Below are positions 14,051-27,373 of a stretch of 64,000 nucleotides of DNA, piece after piece. The translations under genes and the position numbers were made by a program. The notes beneath the pieces were generated by a model that was not told the origin of the DNA, did no database searches, and saw only the letters and a list, made by a program, of their open reading frames with translations. This stretch comes from Daphnia carinata (Eukaryota): contig NC_081334.1 in NCBI RefSeq assembly GCF_022539665.2, positions 1,736,001-1,800,000 of the forward strand, read 5' to 3'. The first letter of the stretch is position 1. The number at the start of each line of letters is the position of its first letter.

Positions 14051-14714
14051 TTAAATTCCAAAAGATGGAGTAGGGTGGGCTACATTTGAGGGCTGGGATG
14101 TATCGAATAGTGTGTCTTCATCCTCATCATCATCACGTCCATCTCCAAGAGGCTCCATTTCTTGGCTACCTGATCCTGCATTAAGAGGATGATATTTGCG
14201 AGTGCCTGTTCTCCTGGCAGTTCCTCTTCGTCTTCTTAAACGACAGGTTCTGAAGACAAAATAGAGAATGGCCAAAAAGCATAGGCCAGCAAAGACATAG
14301 AAGCTTCTGATAAGAGCCTCTTTGTTTGGAATGAAGCTAGTCACCGGACCGCTACTAGATATCCATGTTTGGTTATGTTTTGATTCACTTCCATCAACTG
14401 AAAATCATATAGCTTAAATTAGGCTACTAGAATGTTGTGAAAAAGAAAGACACAACGTTCACTAGCTATTTAGATATGATTCTGGTAAGCAAGAATGGAA
14501 ATTCTCACAAACACACCGACGAGGAGGAATTGTGAAACGACTAACCTATTAATACAGATGAAGTACTGGAATTGTTGGCATTATTTTGAGTTTCCACTGG
14601 TTTCTTTTGCTCATCGCCGGTAGACGTTTGTAGTGCGTTTTCACCCGATGACAATGTGTTTTTAACTATCATTAGCACAAGGCACAAAGCAATAAAAAAT
14701 CGAAAGGAGAACAT
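14051..14714 (-). CDS. FAM174: FAM174/TMEM157-like single-pass membrane protein (2 exons)
   Basis: Signal peptide MFSFRFFIALCLVLMIV is followed by an intron at ~14545-14398. The TM segment RSFYVFAGLCFLAILYFVF precedes a basic RLRRRR..TRKY stretch and the EMEPL..DDDEDEDTLFD tail typical of this family. Confidence 0.8.
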
Positions 14715-17700
14715 GATATCAGTTATTTTGTAACAACTTTTCGTAAAGCCAATATTCACATTGGTATCTATTTGATCGTAAACTTCGCAATCACACACAG
14801 CACTCGAGCACTAGAGCAGACGAAATTGAAAATTGCCACGTTTGTCAACATTTTACACAGAAACTACGGGCCAGTGAAACCTGCTCTACAACACTTATTT
14901 TTAAAAAGGAAATAAAAAACAAATTGTAATTTTACACACGAAAGTCTAACAGATTGCGTGAAAATCTCAAGAAATTCTCCCAACATTCCATTCATGGTTT
15001 GAAATACTGTATAGTTGGGAAGAATAACGATGAAAAACCAACAACTACAAACAAAGAGGCAGGAAATTTCCCATTACTCATGGCGTAACGTAACAACTTT
15101 CAGGTCTCAAAATCCATTCACTCTTTCCACTAAAAAAGTTAAAGGTAATTCTTTTCCCCCAATTTCAAATGTAGCATAAAAAGCATCAGTGGACAGAGAA
15201 ACTCTTAATGGTCCAAAAGAAGTCTACTGATAACAACAAACATGACGTTACGATATCAAATTGTTTAAGCATGACTAAGTCGAGAGTCACGCCCGCAGTG
15301 CTGGACTGATGGAATGTTTTACATTTTTGAATGAATTCAGAAAGCGGGAGCCCTAAATACCTCGATTGCAGGACAGGCCTCTTTTCCTCGATTAGATTTA
15401 AAACATTTCTCATGCATTTTTGACGCCCAAATACTCTTCATACCACCTGATGGTGTCCGATCAGCTACGTGTACTTCATTTTAGTTGTTACATTCTTGTT
15501 TTTGTTTCACTTCCTGCCCGAGGCCTATGGGCAACTTTCACCCACTTCATGACCGGAGATAGGACGTTATACATACTTCAATGTAGTCTATACACGTAGA
15601 GTCAATAAAAGTGAACGAACAGAATAAGAGTTTCTTCGGTAATTGTACAGACCAGTAAGAACATTACCTTTATGACTCACCGTACAATTGCTCAAACTGC
15701 GGTCAGACATTTCCGGTTAATTAATCTTATTGCGTCTGTTGCCTGAAACACTCCCCCTATTGTTCTCGAAAGAAGAAAGTTTTCGAATCCGGGAGAGTGT
15801 TTGCTGAACAAGTGCAAATCTACCAGATGTTGTGACATCACACCAAACGCTTTCTGTCACTTACGGGCGGCGGCTAACCAGTTTTCAGCGTGGTCGCAAT
15901 GCATACAATCAAAATATATATTACATTTTTTTAAATTTAGAACGACGTAGCGATTCATCAATCATCACGCTCAGAGAGAAGCATTCTTCGGTTGAGTTGC
16001 ATCCTTGGCCTGGTTCCAGTGACTGCCCAGGGCTGGCTCTCAACGTTCTTGATGGAAATTTCGGCTTGGTACCATTTTGAAATCAGACTGTGCTTTTCGT
16101 AGCTTACTCTTCTCTGTACAAAATCATTCGATTGGAACAAACAGATTTTCTCCAAACTACAAAACTGGCAACATTCCACCCTCTTGAGCATAAACGTATT
16201 CATCTCCAGGCTGCTCTTCACTAGAGTGAATCCACTGATCGGTGCCGACACGGTGCCGTTACGATCGGCCGCACCTGTGTTTGATATCCGAAGGCAAAAG
16301 AGTCAAACAAAAAAAAGAATAAGGTAATAAATAATCTTTCTTACCTTTTTATTTTTAATTTGTGCTTGTGGCCAAACGTCACGTACGGTATGATTTAGAC
16401 TTTCACCAATCTCTATTTGGAGATAAGACGCGACGGGCGTTCGTTGGATCCCATTGCAAGAAATACCGTGCGACGTACGGTATTAATTATTATGAACGTC
16501 CGTGTCCGCCGGTACCGACATAGCATTCTTTCTCGTTTATTTTTCTCTTCGTTCTCGCATTTCCCCATGCTAACATCCATTTACTGCGTGCACGTCCCAG
16601 TTCCAACATCGTGGAAAGAAGATGAATAGCTCCGTGTGGCTTTTGGGTCGTTCGGTTTTCTCCGACGTTTCGTATTCTTTGCGTGAGGAGACATTTACTT
16701 CTAACCTGTAGTCGGGTCCTTCCTTCAGTAATAACCCCCCTCCTCGCGTTTCATGTTAACGATCACCTTGCAAACGGCTTGATGATTATCCAACGACACC
16801 TGTGCTTTTTCTTCTTCCTGTTGAGCCAGCCAAAAAGGCAAGGCCACTCGAAGGAGGAAACAGCATTTCTCACATTACGTGACGAATGACATTTGAACCT
16901 GTCGTGACTATTGCACTCTATGGCACTCTTCTAGACAACTGGAAAGACCGACCAAGGAAGAGTGTGTCAAGCGTGGCAAAGGAGAGTCGGATTGACGAGC
17001 TGCTCGTAAAAGAAAGTAGGTTGACACCATAGACGGTGCAAACGAAGTGTTTAAAGTGCCGAAATCCTGTTCGTCTCTCAAAGGGCACACACACGGAACC
17101 TATGCCAGCAGATCGGTTGATGAATATATTACGAAAAAAAGGGTCCGTTCTTATCCAATTGCTTTGAACAGTTGGCGAAAACGAAGGCGTGGCATAGATA
17201 CAGCACTCGATAATTGTTTACGCAAACGAAGAATGTAACTATTTAAGCTAAACAGTTGCTAAACAACGAGCAATCTATGCTCAACATCACGCAAAAAAAC
17301 AACCTGTTCGTTTCATGAATAATCAAATAGGCTTATTATTTTGTTTTCCGTTGTTCCTTAATGCAAGTGTTTGCATTCAAATTGCTTGCGTGATAGGGAT
17401 AGCTAGCAGGATGTCCAATGTTTCTGTTGTTTTACCATAAGTATTAACTCAAATCTTACTGCGCTATGCAAAGAAGGAAAAGGTAGTGTTCAAGTGGCTC
17501 TAGCGTTCCAAAAAAAAAATTTTTTTCTTGCCGGAGATCCGCTTGGATAGTTTATAGCTCAAACGAAACGAACTCGGTTTTTTGCTGGCCTGAGGAAGTA
17601 GGCCAAATGACGTGACAAGGTCACGGACGCATGCTTTTTCCTGCATTGCGACCGATGAACCACAATGGTTCACATAGTTCTGTGCCTGTTTAACCATTAC

Positions 17701-18431
17701 GCATTTAGAAAAGAAAACAATCGGAAGCCATTGAAAACATTTTTCTGCTTGCTTTTTCAAGGTTCCAATTGTTTTTGAATCACTTTCAACGCAGTTTTGC
17801 TCATTGTTCTCATGGAATTGAAACGTACCACGACATTCATTCATTGACACGATGAATTCAAAAGTGATCTTTCACGGACGAGCGCGCAATGCGGATCGTT
17901 CCAGTTTCAACTGAGGCGCGTGACCCGGACTGGGAGAAAACTGATTTCGGTCGTAAATCTTGCAAGAGAAAATAGCAGATAGCATGTGGATGTGGGTCCG
18001 TTTTCTCCGCTGTGCAAGCGTTTTTTTGCTTTTCTTTCTTTGCCAAAAATAGAAAGACCATCATTGCTTTGTTTTCCACCAACCGCATTGTCCAATAACT
18101 AGTCGATGCAACCCAACTAACCAATGTTTTCTTTCTCTTTTCGCCCTGACAGGTGTGAATAAATTTCCAACTGGCCGCATTGTCCGAAATCTGTTTTTTT
18201 CCCCTTGCTGAATAGCTTCAACGGAATCAGGTGGGAGAGTACAGCAAATGAAAAATATTCGTAATAGAATATCATAAAGTTATCGAGTACATGGTTTCTT
18301 TTCCTCCGTTCAATTGCTGTTACGGGCTGTTCACGGAACTCTAAATCTCTATCTATATATACGTATATATAAGGCTCGATTGCTTCTTGAGATTTTGTAC
18401 CAAAAAATGACGACGCTGAGCTTCTTTTCCT

Positions 18432-20227
18432 TTACGCTGAAGTGTCGGATCGCCGGGCTTCCGCAGTAGAAACGTAATAGAGTTCCTTCTTCATTTGGTA
18501 ACCCAGGTAGCTGCCCAATGCGCAAACAGAAAGGGAAAAAAGGGGGACGAAACAATCTTTGTAGAACGCACGGAAGAGAAGGAAAATGATATATAGGAAT
18601 TCGATTACCTCATAAGAATAAGTGGGATGACGAGTAATGCGGCCGCCAACTCGAAGGTGAAGCCACGGAATATAGATCGCGTCAGCGGGTAAAGGACGTT
18701 GAACACAATGGACCCCAGCAAGGTGCAAATGTTTTCAATAGACGCGACAAACGCAAATAGCTTCCCTATAAAAATACAAATAGCATAATCCTATATTAAT
18801 CAACTGAAAATTAAAAATGGCTCAATGCATTTCTACTTACCTAATTCATTTGGCTCAACCTGTTTCGACAAGAGCGAACGTATAGATGGTAGACAAAAGG
18901 TGTTGAACATGGAAAGAAATGGCACGCAAAACATCATGACTGTTGTTGTTGCGAAACCATGCAGGATCAAGCCGGCAGCTTTGGAGACAAGCCCGATACA
19001 GCAGGTAAAAGCCTCCTGGAAATTTAATCGGCGGACCACTGGAGATAGAGCGATTAGCGACAGGGCACCAACTCCGAATTTCAATCCAAAATAGTAGCTG
19101 TAGGTTTCGTAACTCCAGTTAAGTGGGTCATCCTTAGTAAAAAGATAAGCTACGTCCATTTCACCTAGTATAAACCACAAATGATAAAAATAAAAAATAC
19201 TTTTTTTGCATAATGAAGAATTCGGAATATATCTAACCTGCAGTGACCGTCATAGTTATCAGTGCACAAGTTATCAGGAGAAGGAGGTTGCGGCGCCGAC
19301 TGTTGGGCCGCGGTTTAAAACAGGTTTGCAAGCTCGACTGAAAATGATGGCAACTAAAAAGCTTCCGACAGCAATTATCGGACGTTAACAGCAACTGCTC
19401 GTCGGCAGATCGATCATCTTTGACTGACGGTACCAAGAAAATAACGTAAAGGATGACTAGAACGTAAAAGGCCATGATCACAAGGAATACAGCTGCATGG
19501 CTTCCAGTTGATCCAAGTAAGGCACCACCGATAAATGGCCCAATTGTGCCGCCGCAAAAAGTCATGGCCTCTAACATTGCAACACGCAATGAGCGGCTCT
19601 CCTCGCTACTTATGGCCGAAATATAGCTCATTACGCTCATTATACAGCTTACAAAGCCTCCAAATATGCCAGAAAAGAAACTGGCCAAAACAATCATTGA
19701 AACTGGAATGGAATCATAAAGAGACATGAGAATGTAGACAATACTAGCCAGCACCATGCCACATGCTGGAAAAAGAAGTGGCCACTTTCGATCATATAAA
19801 TCTGAATACCTGTAAAATAAATGGGGGTTGTTTAAGTCGGGTAGAAAGCAAAATGATTACATGTTACTTACGATCCCAAATAATTTGCAACAATTATAGA
19901 AGGTATAGTCAGGGCTGCTGTTGAGCCCAAGATCCAGTGAGAAGCTTGTTCTTGCACCACATCAAGTGCATAGCTGTTGTTGTTGAGGTTGTGACAAACT
20001 GATGAATTGAAATTATTTTGACAAGTCTTTTGATAGACTAGATCTTGAAATACTGAATATTGCATAAATGTTGCAAGCATGTACATAAATAATACAGGCT
20101 CAACTGTCACAATAGATAAAGCTTTTTTAAATTTTTCTAATGGACTAGCCGATGGGGTTGATGGGGTAAATGAATCTACGGATGTCACAAGGTCAGTGGA
20201 GGAAGCATCTGACACTGAGCGTTCCAT
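18432..20227 (-). CDS. SLC46-family (PCFT-like) MFS transporter (5 exons)
   Basis: Motifs include TVEPVLFMY, YLGSYSDLYDRKWPL, SEESRSLRVAMLE, LFTKDDPLNWS and RSLLSKQVEPNELGKLFA. There are ~12 hydrophobic segments, and the last exon ends ...RSDTSA*. Confidence 0.9.
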
Positions 20228-20722
20228 GATATTTTACTCAATGTGAGAAGGCTGTATAGCAAAGGAATATTAATTATATAAACACTAACAGCAGAAATGA
20301 CATTACTTCGATTGATTCGAAAACAATCCGTTCGTGGGATCTCGCGCGGTGCTACTGGCACACTTTTCCTTAAAAGTGCAGAATAAGCCGTAACAAGTCG
20401 ATCAGACGAACATGGCAAAATTACGAATAGTAGCCAGAGTCCAACCTAATCGTTCGAGGACGTGGTATATCATAAAAGTTTGAGATAAACAAACTCGAGA
20501 TGAGGCGGACAGCATCACACATTATGTCATTCAACTTCCCTTGTATTTACAACTGTTCTGTCTGCTAGAATGATTGCGCTGCCATCTATCTTGAACTTGA
20601 TCCTCCGCCACATACGGGTCAGTATCATAGTAAACAGTTAGTAAATAGAAACTTGGAATTGTTAAATGGGTGAAGCAACAGCAATAAGAAATCAATGGGC
20701 AGTATAATTTTAGCTTTAAAAA

Positions 20723-21777
20723 TCAGTTTGATTTGCCCTTTCGATACCGGTGTCTTGCCTGGGCTTTTGTGAATTTCTTCTGATTATCTCGTCCTTCAGG
20801 CATCTTGGTGCCCCCGCCGTTGCCATTAGGTTCTTCATGACTATTATTATCAAGAGAATCATTTTCTAAAAGGTGTACAAAAATAAATTAATTCGTTGCA
20901 TATTATTACAGTTACGAAATGTTGGGGCCATACCACCAGAGAGATCAAAGGGAGGCTGCAGTAAAGAATCTCTTTGATTCTTAACATAATATCTGTACAA
21001 TTTACAGAATCCAAAACCAATGAAAGAAATTGCAATGGTCATTAGCACTTTGAGAATTGGGTGCTAGTAGATGATGTGAAATAATGATAATAGTTAAGCA
21101 AAGGATAGCTTAAACAAATCAATGATTATTACCACCAAAACAGGTTTGTCAACAATTAAGTAGTCAGCCAGTACAATGGTAACTCCAACAATTATACCAA
21201 TTCCAGCACCAACCCAGGGAATTTGCTTGTCAGCTCTCTGGTCTTTTTTTAGTTCTCTACCTGCTTTCCTCATAGAATCAATGAGAGATCTGTCTTCTTT
21301 TTGTAGGCGGAATGCCATTGAATAAGAAGTCAGAGCTTTCTCAAAATGGAATGTTGCCATTTCCACTTCAGCCTTTCTAAAATAACCTAGCCAAAAAGCA
21401 TAAATTATAAGTTGAAAACATTTACGTCATTCTTGATAAATACCTTTTGCCCAATCTGGCTTTAAATCTATGGTACGTTTAGCATCTTTGTAGGCCAAAA
21501 AATATTGCTGTATTTTCAAGAATGCTAAGGAACGATTACCTGTAAAATATAACGTTAGGGTATGTTCCAATCGCATCTAAAATATGTATACTGTGAAGCG
21601 CATGGTTGGTTGGATCTGACTGGATCGCCGCGCTGTAATGCAAGACGGCCTCCTCATGATTGCCCTCTTTGACGCAGGCATTTCCTTTCTCTCTCAGTTC
21701 ATCCACGTTCTAAAAGTTAAACGATTGATAACGAGATCTGTAAAGGAAAAGATTGTTGGCAGTTTTAAGCTCACCAT
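20723..21777 (-). CDS. TPR-repeat (STI1/HOP-like TPR) protein with two C-terminal transmembrane segments
   Basis: The first coding exon is ATG|gtgag. TPR motifs follow: ELREKGNACVKEG..EEAVLHYSAAI, HSNRSLAFLK, KPDWAKGYFRKA. TM segments are PWVGAGIGIIVGVTIVL and VLMTIAISFIGFGF. The basic tail is KAQARHRYRKGKSN*. Confidence 0.85.
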
Positions 21778-22430
21778 TTGACAAGTCCGCGTTTACTCTT
21801 TTGGCTCACGCAGTGTCGTCTACAACTTTACATCGATACGAACTATAGCGATACAGAGGAGCCATCTTGTAGTAGAATATGCAAAGCTTCAATTCCTTTC
21901 ACATTGTTTAATCCAAGCGTTTCTAGTAAAATATGGTTTCCTAAATTTAAAACCGTGGTGTTGGAGAATAAAATTTGGTTTGTTACATGGATATATGCGC
22001 TCTAACCTATGACTGAAACTTTCGTTTTGTTACCAAAGGCCATAACGAGAGCGAGGCTACATGGCTTAACTGTTCAGCGAATTTTATTTGTGTAGCTTTG
22101 TTAGCCTTCTCTTATTTTATGAATAATACATCAGTCGATAACACATTAATTTGGACAAATTAGTTATCACAAACTTGATTTATTTGATTCCACATTCCCA
22201 CTGCAGGTCTCATGAACCTACAACTGCTGCAATAATACGTTTAACAAATTCGTACCAGCAAATCAGACATGTAACCCCATTGGAGTGAACAAGTTTCAAT
22301 AGATGTAGTTTTTATTTTTTATTTTTTTTTTTCCTTTTTTTTTTTTAGAAACTGGGAATATGGAAATATGCCCTAACACTTGTGTAACACGGCTGGGACG
22401 AGATTATAGGACTGGATTGAATTGAGCTCC

Positions 22431-24171
22431 TTACAGCTCCTTTAAGTCTTTAGGTGCTCCAGAGCGATCCCAGCCTTTCAACTCCTTGGTGGCATGCTTA
22501 GCGATGTATTTAATGAAATCGTCCTTTTCGCGACCACCCTAAAATAAAAAAATGGTTTTTTTAAGTATACCAATTCAAACCCAGTAAAATACAAACACTG
22601 ACCTCATAACGAACATGGTTGTTCTTGTCATCTTTGGCAAGCCAGTAGAGGGTAGGGAAACCTCTGACTTCGAATTTGCTGGGCACGTCATTAGCTGTGG
22701 CATCCATCTTGACGATAGCTACATCCTCGTCTTTCAGAGCATTGGCTACCTCCTCGAAAATCGGGCCCAACTTTTTGCAGTGACCACACCAAGGTGCGTA
22801 GAATTCAATCAACGTGTCCTTGCCGTTATCGATGACTACTTCGTTGAAATTCTTAGCAACAGCGGTTTTCAATGGTGTAGTGTTTTCGGGAATGGCTTCC
22901 GATTTCATATAAGGCTCTAATTTACCTTCTTTAACGTCATTCAAGAATTTCTGCAAGTTTTCAATCCTGCAATTTTAAAAGAATTTGTCATATTCCGTCA
23001 CTTTTAGAATATATATATATATAGTGAACTCTTACGAGAAAGCATCTTTCATGACAAATTTTCTGCTGGAAGCATCACGAACAGCAACACGAGGTTTATC
23101 ATCGTTGATATAATCCAACCCAAATTCGTTAAGCTCCTGTTGGAAGTCATCTTTGTTGCTGATGGCGAAACTGAAGTCGCCACGGAAGGACTGGGCAACT
23201 TTGAGGATACGGTTACGCCAGTAGTTTGTTCCCTTGGGGTTCTTCACATAATCGACTCCGAAATATGCAACAACAATGGGTTCTTTGAACTGGGCAGCAT
23301 TATCGACAGTGCGGTGACCAACCAGGCCAAAACTACAAAAAAAATGTAAAATTACATGCAATGACTTACACATATATGTTTAAAAAGCCTAACTTACAAA
23401 TCCTTCTCCACCCAATTGTTGATGGCTTCTTTGGTTGCAGCTCCATCAAAAACAACAAAATCAGGCTCGAACTTGTTATGCAAATGCTTAGGTCGGAAAA
23501 GAACAACATTGTCTGAGTAACCATATTTTGCAATGACATCTTTGTTGCTTGTAACACCAAATTTGACAGATTCTCTAAGTTTATCAGCCAGCTTCAAAAA
23601 CACACTCTTCAGCTCACTCGCTTCATCTGCAAAGAAGCCTACTACTGCAACATCCTCTTTTGCAAGGAATTCTTCAGTGGCTTTGACATTCAGCAATTCC
23701 TTGGCACTTGGACCAACCTGTGCTCTCATGAATTTAGCAATTCCAGCAGATTCTCTCGGGCCATTGTACTCGCTGGATATTTCACCATTCTTAAATATCT
23801 TCAGAGTTGGATATCCCTGTACGCTGAACTTGTTACAGGTACTCTTTCCACCCTCTGTGCAATCAACCTTTGCAAGAGTAATTGGAGGGTCATTACTTTT
23901 CAGCAACGAGGCTGCCTTTTCAAATTCAGGTTTTAGGCGTTTACAATGACCACACCTTGATAGAAGGAAAAAGATAATGAAGTTACAAAAGAACTTATTT
24001 AGAGCAGAAATTATTTAAGTAATCTTACCAGGGAGCGTAAAACATGACCAGGGCCGTTTCAAAAGAACTTAATTTGGAATCGAAATCATCATCGACAAGA
24101 TCTACCACCGAGTCGGCGTTAGCCGATAAGGCCAAAAGACAAGAGACTATAAAAGTTGCAATGACCCGCAT
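22431..24171 (-). CDS. PDIA3: Protein disulfide-isomerase A3 (ERp57/ERp60)
   Basis: It has a signal peptide and two FYAPWCGHCK sites (the first split by an intron). It also carries the ERp57-specific DYVKNPKGTNYWRNR and a KDEL-like C-terminus, ...KDLKEL*. Confidence 0.96.
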
Positions 24172-24323
24172 TTTGTCAGATCAAACAAATAAGGGTTTTA
24201 AAAATGAATACTGTTAATCTACAGCCCCTTATTCGGTGAACCGATGAGCAAGAGAGCTAAACTTCAAATGCCGGTGACCGCAGTAAGACAGCTCAAAAGA
24301 GTTACACGTACATTTTGACACAC

Positions 24324-24342
24324 CCAATCAGAAGAAGCCAAC
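24324..24342 (+). promoter_or_regulatory. ERSE-like element CCAAT-N9-CCAAC in the PDIA3/SDR bidirectional spacer
   Basis: ccaat-cagaagaag-ccaac lies ~150 bp upstream of the PDIA3 ATG. The ERSE consensus is CCAAT-N9-CCACG. Confidence 0.45.
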
Positions 24343-24653
24343 AAATTTCTTTACGCCGTTGTCAACTTCAATTTCACCGAAATACGTTTGTTGAATTCGT
24401 GTTACTTTAAAACAAACATGTATTTTAATATTATGAAACATTTTTAAAATCTGGTTCTTTACTCTTTTAAAAATGTAATTTAAAAATACTGATGCTAATG
24501 AGTCATCCATACGTGTCTGACAACTTTTGCTTCAGTTTCCAGTTCCTAGCTTCTGGGTGCAGACGAAAAAACAATAGGTCAGAGCTTCGACATTGAGTGC
24601 TTTGTGTGTTCGCATAATAAATTTATAAGTTTATCAAATATTGCCATTTCAAA

Positions 24654-25675
24654 ATGTTGGCGCGATCTATATTTTTAACTGGATGCAGCCGTGGGTTGGG
24701 CTTAGAACTTGTGAAACAACTTGTGCCATATACGGATACCTTGATTGCAACGTGTAGAAACCCAGAAAATGCCGTAGTATGCGTTCGATTCCATCAGTTC
24801 GCGAAACTTTTGCATTGTTTAGCACTAATTCATTTTTCAGGAACTACAAGAATTGGCAGAGGAACATAGCAATCTTAAGATCCTTCCAGTTGGTAATAGC
24901 TATGATTCACATAAAAAACACTGGCTTTCTAAGATGATTTGAAAGTCTCCTTTAGATGTATTGAGGCACGAAACTTTTGATGACATTGCAGAAGAAGTAT
25001 CTTCAATTGTTGGGGAAAATGGACTAAATTTACTTATAAATAATGCTGGAATATCTCCAAGATCAACGCGAATTAATTTTGTGACAGCAACAGCCATGGC
25101 AGAGACTTTTGCTGTCAATACAACATCACCATTAATGTTGGCAAAGGCTTTCTTGCCATTATTGAAAGCAGGTGCTGCAGCTGCTATTGATGATGAAAGT
25201 GAATACTGCATAAAGAACTCTGCAATTGTCAACATGAGCTCAGTGCTTGGGAGCATCAGTTCAAATACAGGAGATCGTTCCGGAGGTCTTTATCCTTACA
25301 GGTGTAGCAAGGTATTACTCTCTTCATTCATACCATTTACTTTTTCTAGTTTAAGTTTATCTTAGGCAGCTCTCAATATGGTGACCAGATCTTTAAGCAG
25401 TGATTTGAATCCATTCAACATTACAGTTATAAGCATTCATCCAGGTGAAAAAAAAAAAAAAAAAAAAAAATTATCAAAAAATTTGTTATCTACATATTTA
25501 GAACTAATTCTTATTTTTTATCTATAAAGGATGGGTAAGGACAGATATGGGTGGACCCAATGCGCCGTTATCGGCACCTGAAAGCGTAGAAAGCATGATT
25601 TCCACCTTGAAAGAACTCACTTTTGACAAGTCAGGTCTTTTTTTTAACCAAAATGGTGAAGAAATTCCCTGGTAA
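24654..25675 (+). CDS. Short-chain dehydrogenase/reductase, C-factor/sniffer-like carbonyl reductase (5 exons)
   Basis: Motifs are TGCSRGLG (NADP-type, with ATCR), LINNAG, VNMSSVLGSI, YRCSK|AALN and HP|GWVRTDMGG. The protein ends GEEIPW*. Confidence 0.92.
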
Positions 25676-26002
25676 AATTTAAGGATGGGTTTGTCTGTTC
25701 TAGTTTGTTATTCAGATAACTAAATTTAAAAAAAATAAACTTTGATTCCAAAGCATGAGTATCTGTAGAGAAGGAGCCCAATACAATAAAAAATAAATAT
25801 GAATTTATGTTCTCTAATAGATGGCGTTCCTTCCATTTATAAACAAAACATTCCAGCCTGATAGCATCTTGGCTGGGCCTTGCATCAGATTCGGTGATTG
25901 TGAACAATAAAACGAAAGAAGCGGTCGGCAACTCAATCGCGATTAATGAAAAAGTGCTAAGCAGGGAACGTTGGCCTCGAATTTCAAACTAACAGATTTA
26001 GA

Positions 26003-27020
26003 ATGTCATGTGATACTGAACTCAAGTTTTTGGTCGCTTCCTGGTCTCAACAACAACTGGAGATGAAAAGTAAACTTGTTGTCACTAATGCCGAACGATG
26101 GCAAGACGAACGGTATTGTGAATTTCTTGTGATGGTTCCGCCCAGTAATCCCCAACATGTGCAATTCGTATGCGATATCTTACCGTTTAGTTTGCGTTTC
26201 AGGAAACTTACCTACGTCGGTGGTTTTGATCTTTCATTTTGCAAAAAGGATCCTTCTGTGGCATGCTGCACCATTGTTGTATGTGATATTTCTCAGCAAC
26301 TAAAGGTGGTCTATGAGGACAGTCAGCAAGTGAAACTTACCACTCCATATATCCCTGGTGATTTCACTCATAAAAACTGTATTCAAAGTAAAACCTAAAG
26401 ATGAGATTAATTTTTCAAAGGGTATTTAGCATTCAGAGAAATTGAACCTTGCCTAAATTTGTACACCAAGCTTGTTTCAAAACATCCGGAATTTAGACCT
26501 CAGGTATTTTTGTTCGACGGGAACGGAATCTTACATCCAAGAGGACTAGGACTTGCGTCACATTTTGGAGTCTACACGGATACCTGCACCATAGGAGTAG
26601 CCAAGAATTTATATCAAATGAACAATATTCTAAGAGATGATAATCATCTAGCCAACATAAATAGCCTAAAGGCGGCTGGAGAACATTTTTTCATAAAAAA
26701 TTCGGGCGCAAGTGGCGAAATCCTGGGAGCAGTAAGAAATTTTTACATTACCGTAGTGGCTGTACAAGCATAAGCATATAGTTGGTCTCCTGTTAAATTG
26801 TAAACATAAGGCTCTCAAGACGACGCAGGAGGCAAAACGGCCAATCTATGTTTCTGTAGGACACCGAATTGGTCTTGAGTGTGCATTATGGACCGTAATG
26901 CAATGTGTTCAACGATTCCGGATTCCGGAGCCTACGCGGCAAGCCGATATCCGATCTAGAAAAGCGGTTAGAAAACTAGATGATACAGATATACCTGTAA
27001 ATTTGAATAATACAACATAG
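26003..27020 (+). CDS. ENDOV: Endonuclease V (inosine-specific nuclease)
   Basis: Motifs are VGGFDLSF, wedge [47 protein letters not shown] and [10 protein letters not shown]. The catalytic acidic residues are retained. Confidence 0.95.
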
Positions 27021-27373
27021 AATAATGCCTCCTTTCTGTCGCGCTACATTTTCCTCTTTTTAAACACTTGGTTTAATGGGGGCTAAGGCAACCTAAACTA
27101 AAATCTCAAACGTTTCTTATTGTAGTACAGTGTTTTCTTCACAAGAAAGCGACCTTTCACGTCCATAACATGTTTTGGTACGTTTGTTTATAGGCTTCGA
27201 CCTAAATCCTGTTTGGTGCACCCATCACTTACATAATTTATATACTCAAAATGCCCATTACATACGCACCATCTTCAGAACACACGGGAGGTGTATGATT
27301 TAACCAAAGTTGCACATGGTTAGCAGAATTTGAATCTATATCCTCACCAAGAACCATCAATGTAGTTCAAATA

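Noticed and set aside
15186..18124. Short ORFs between FAM174 and the SLC46 gene
   Set aside because: There are no recognisable motifs, and no consistent exon chain could be built.
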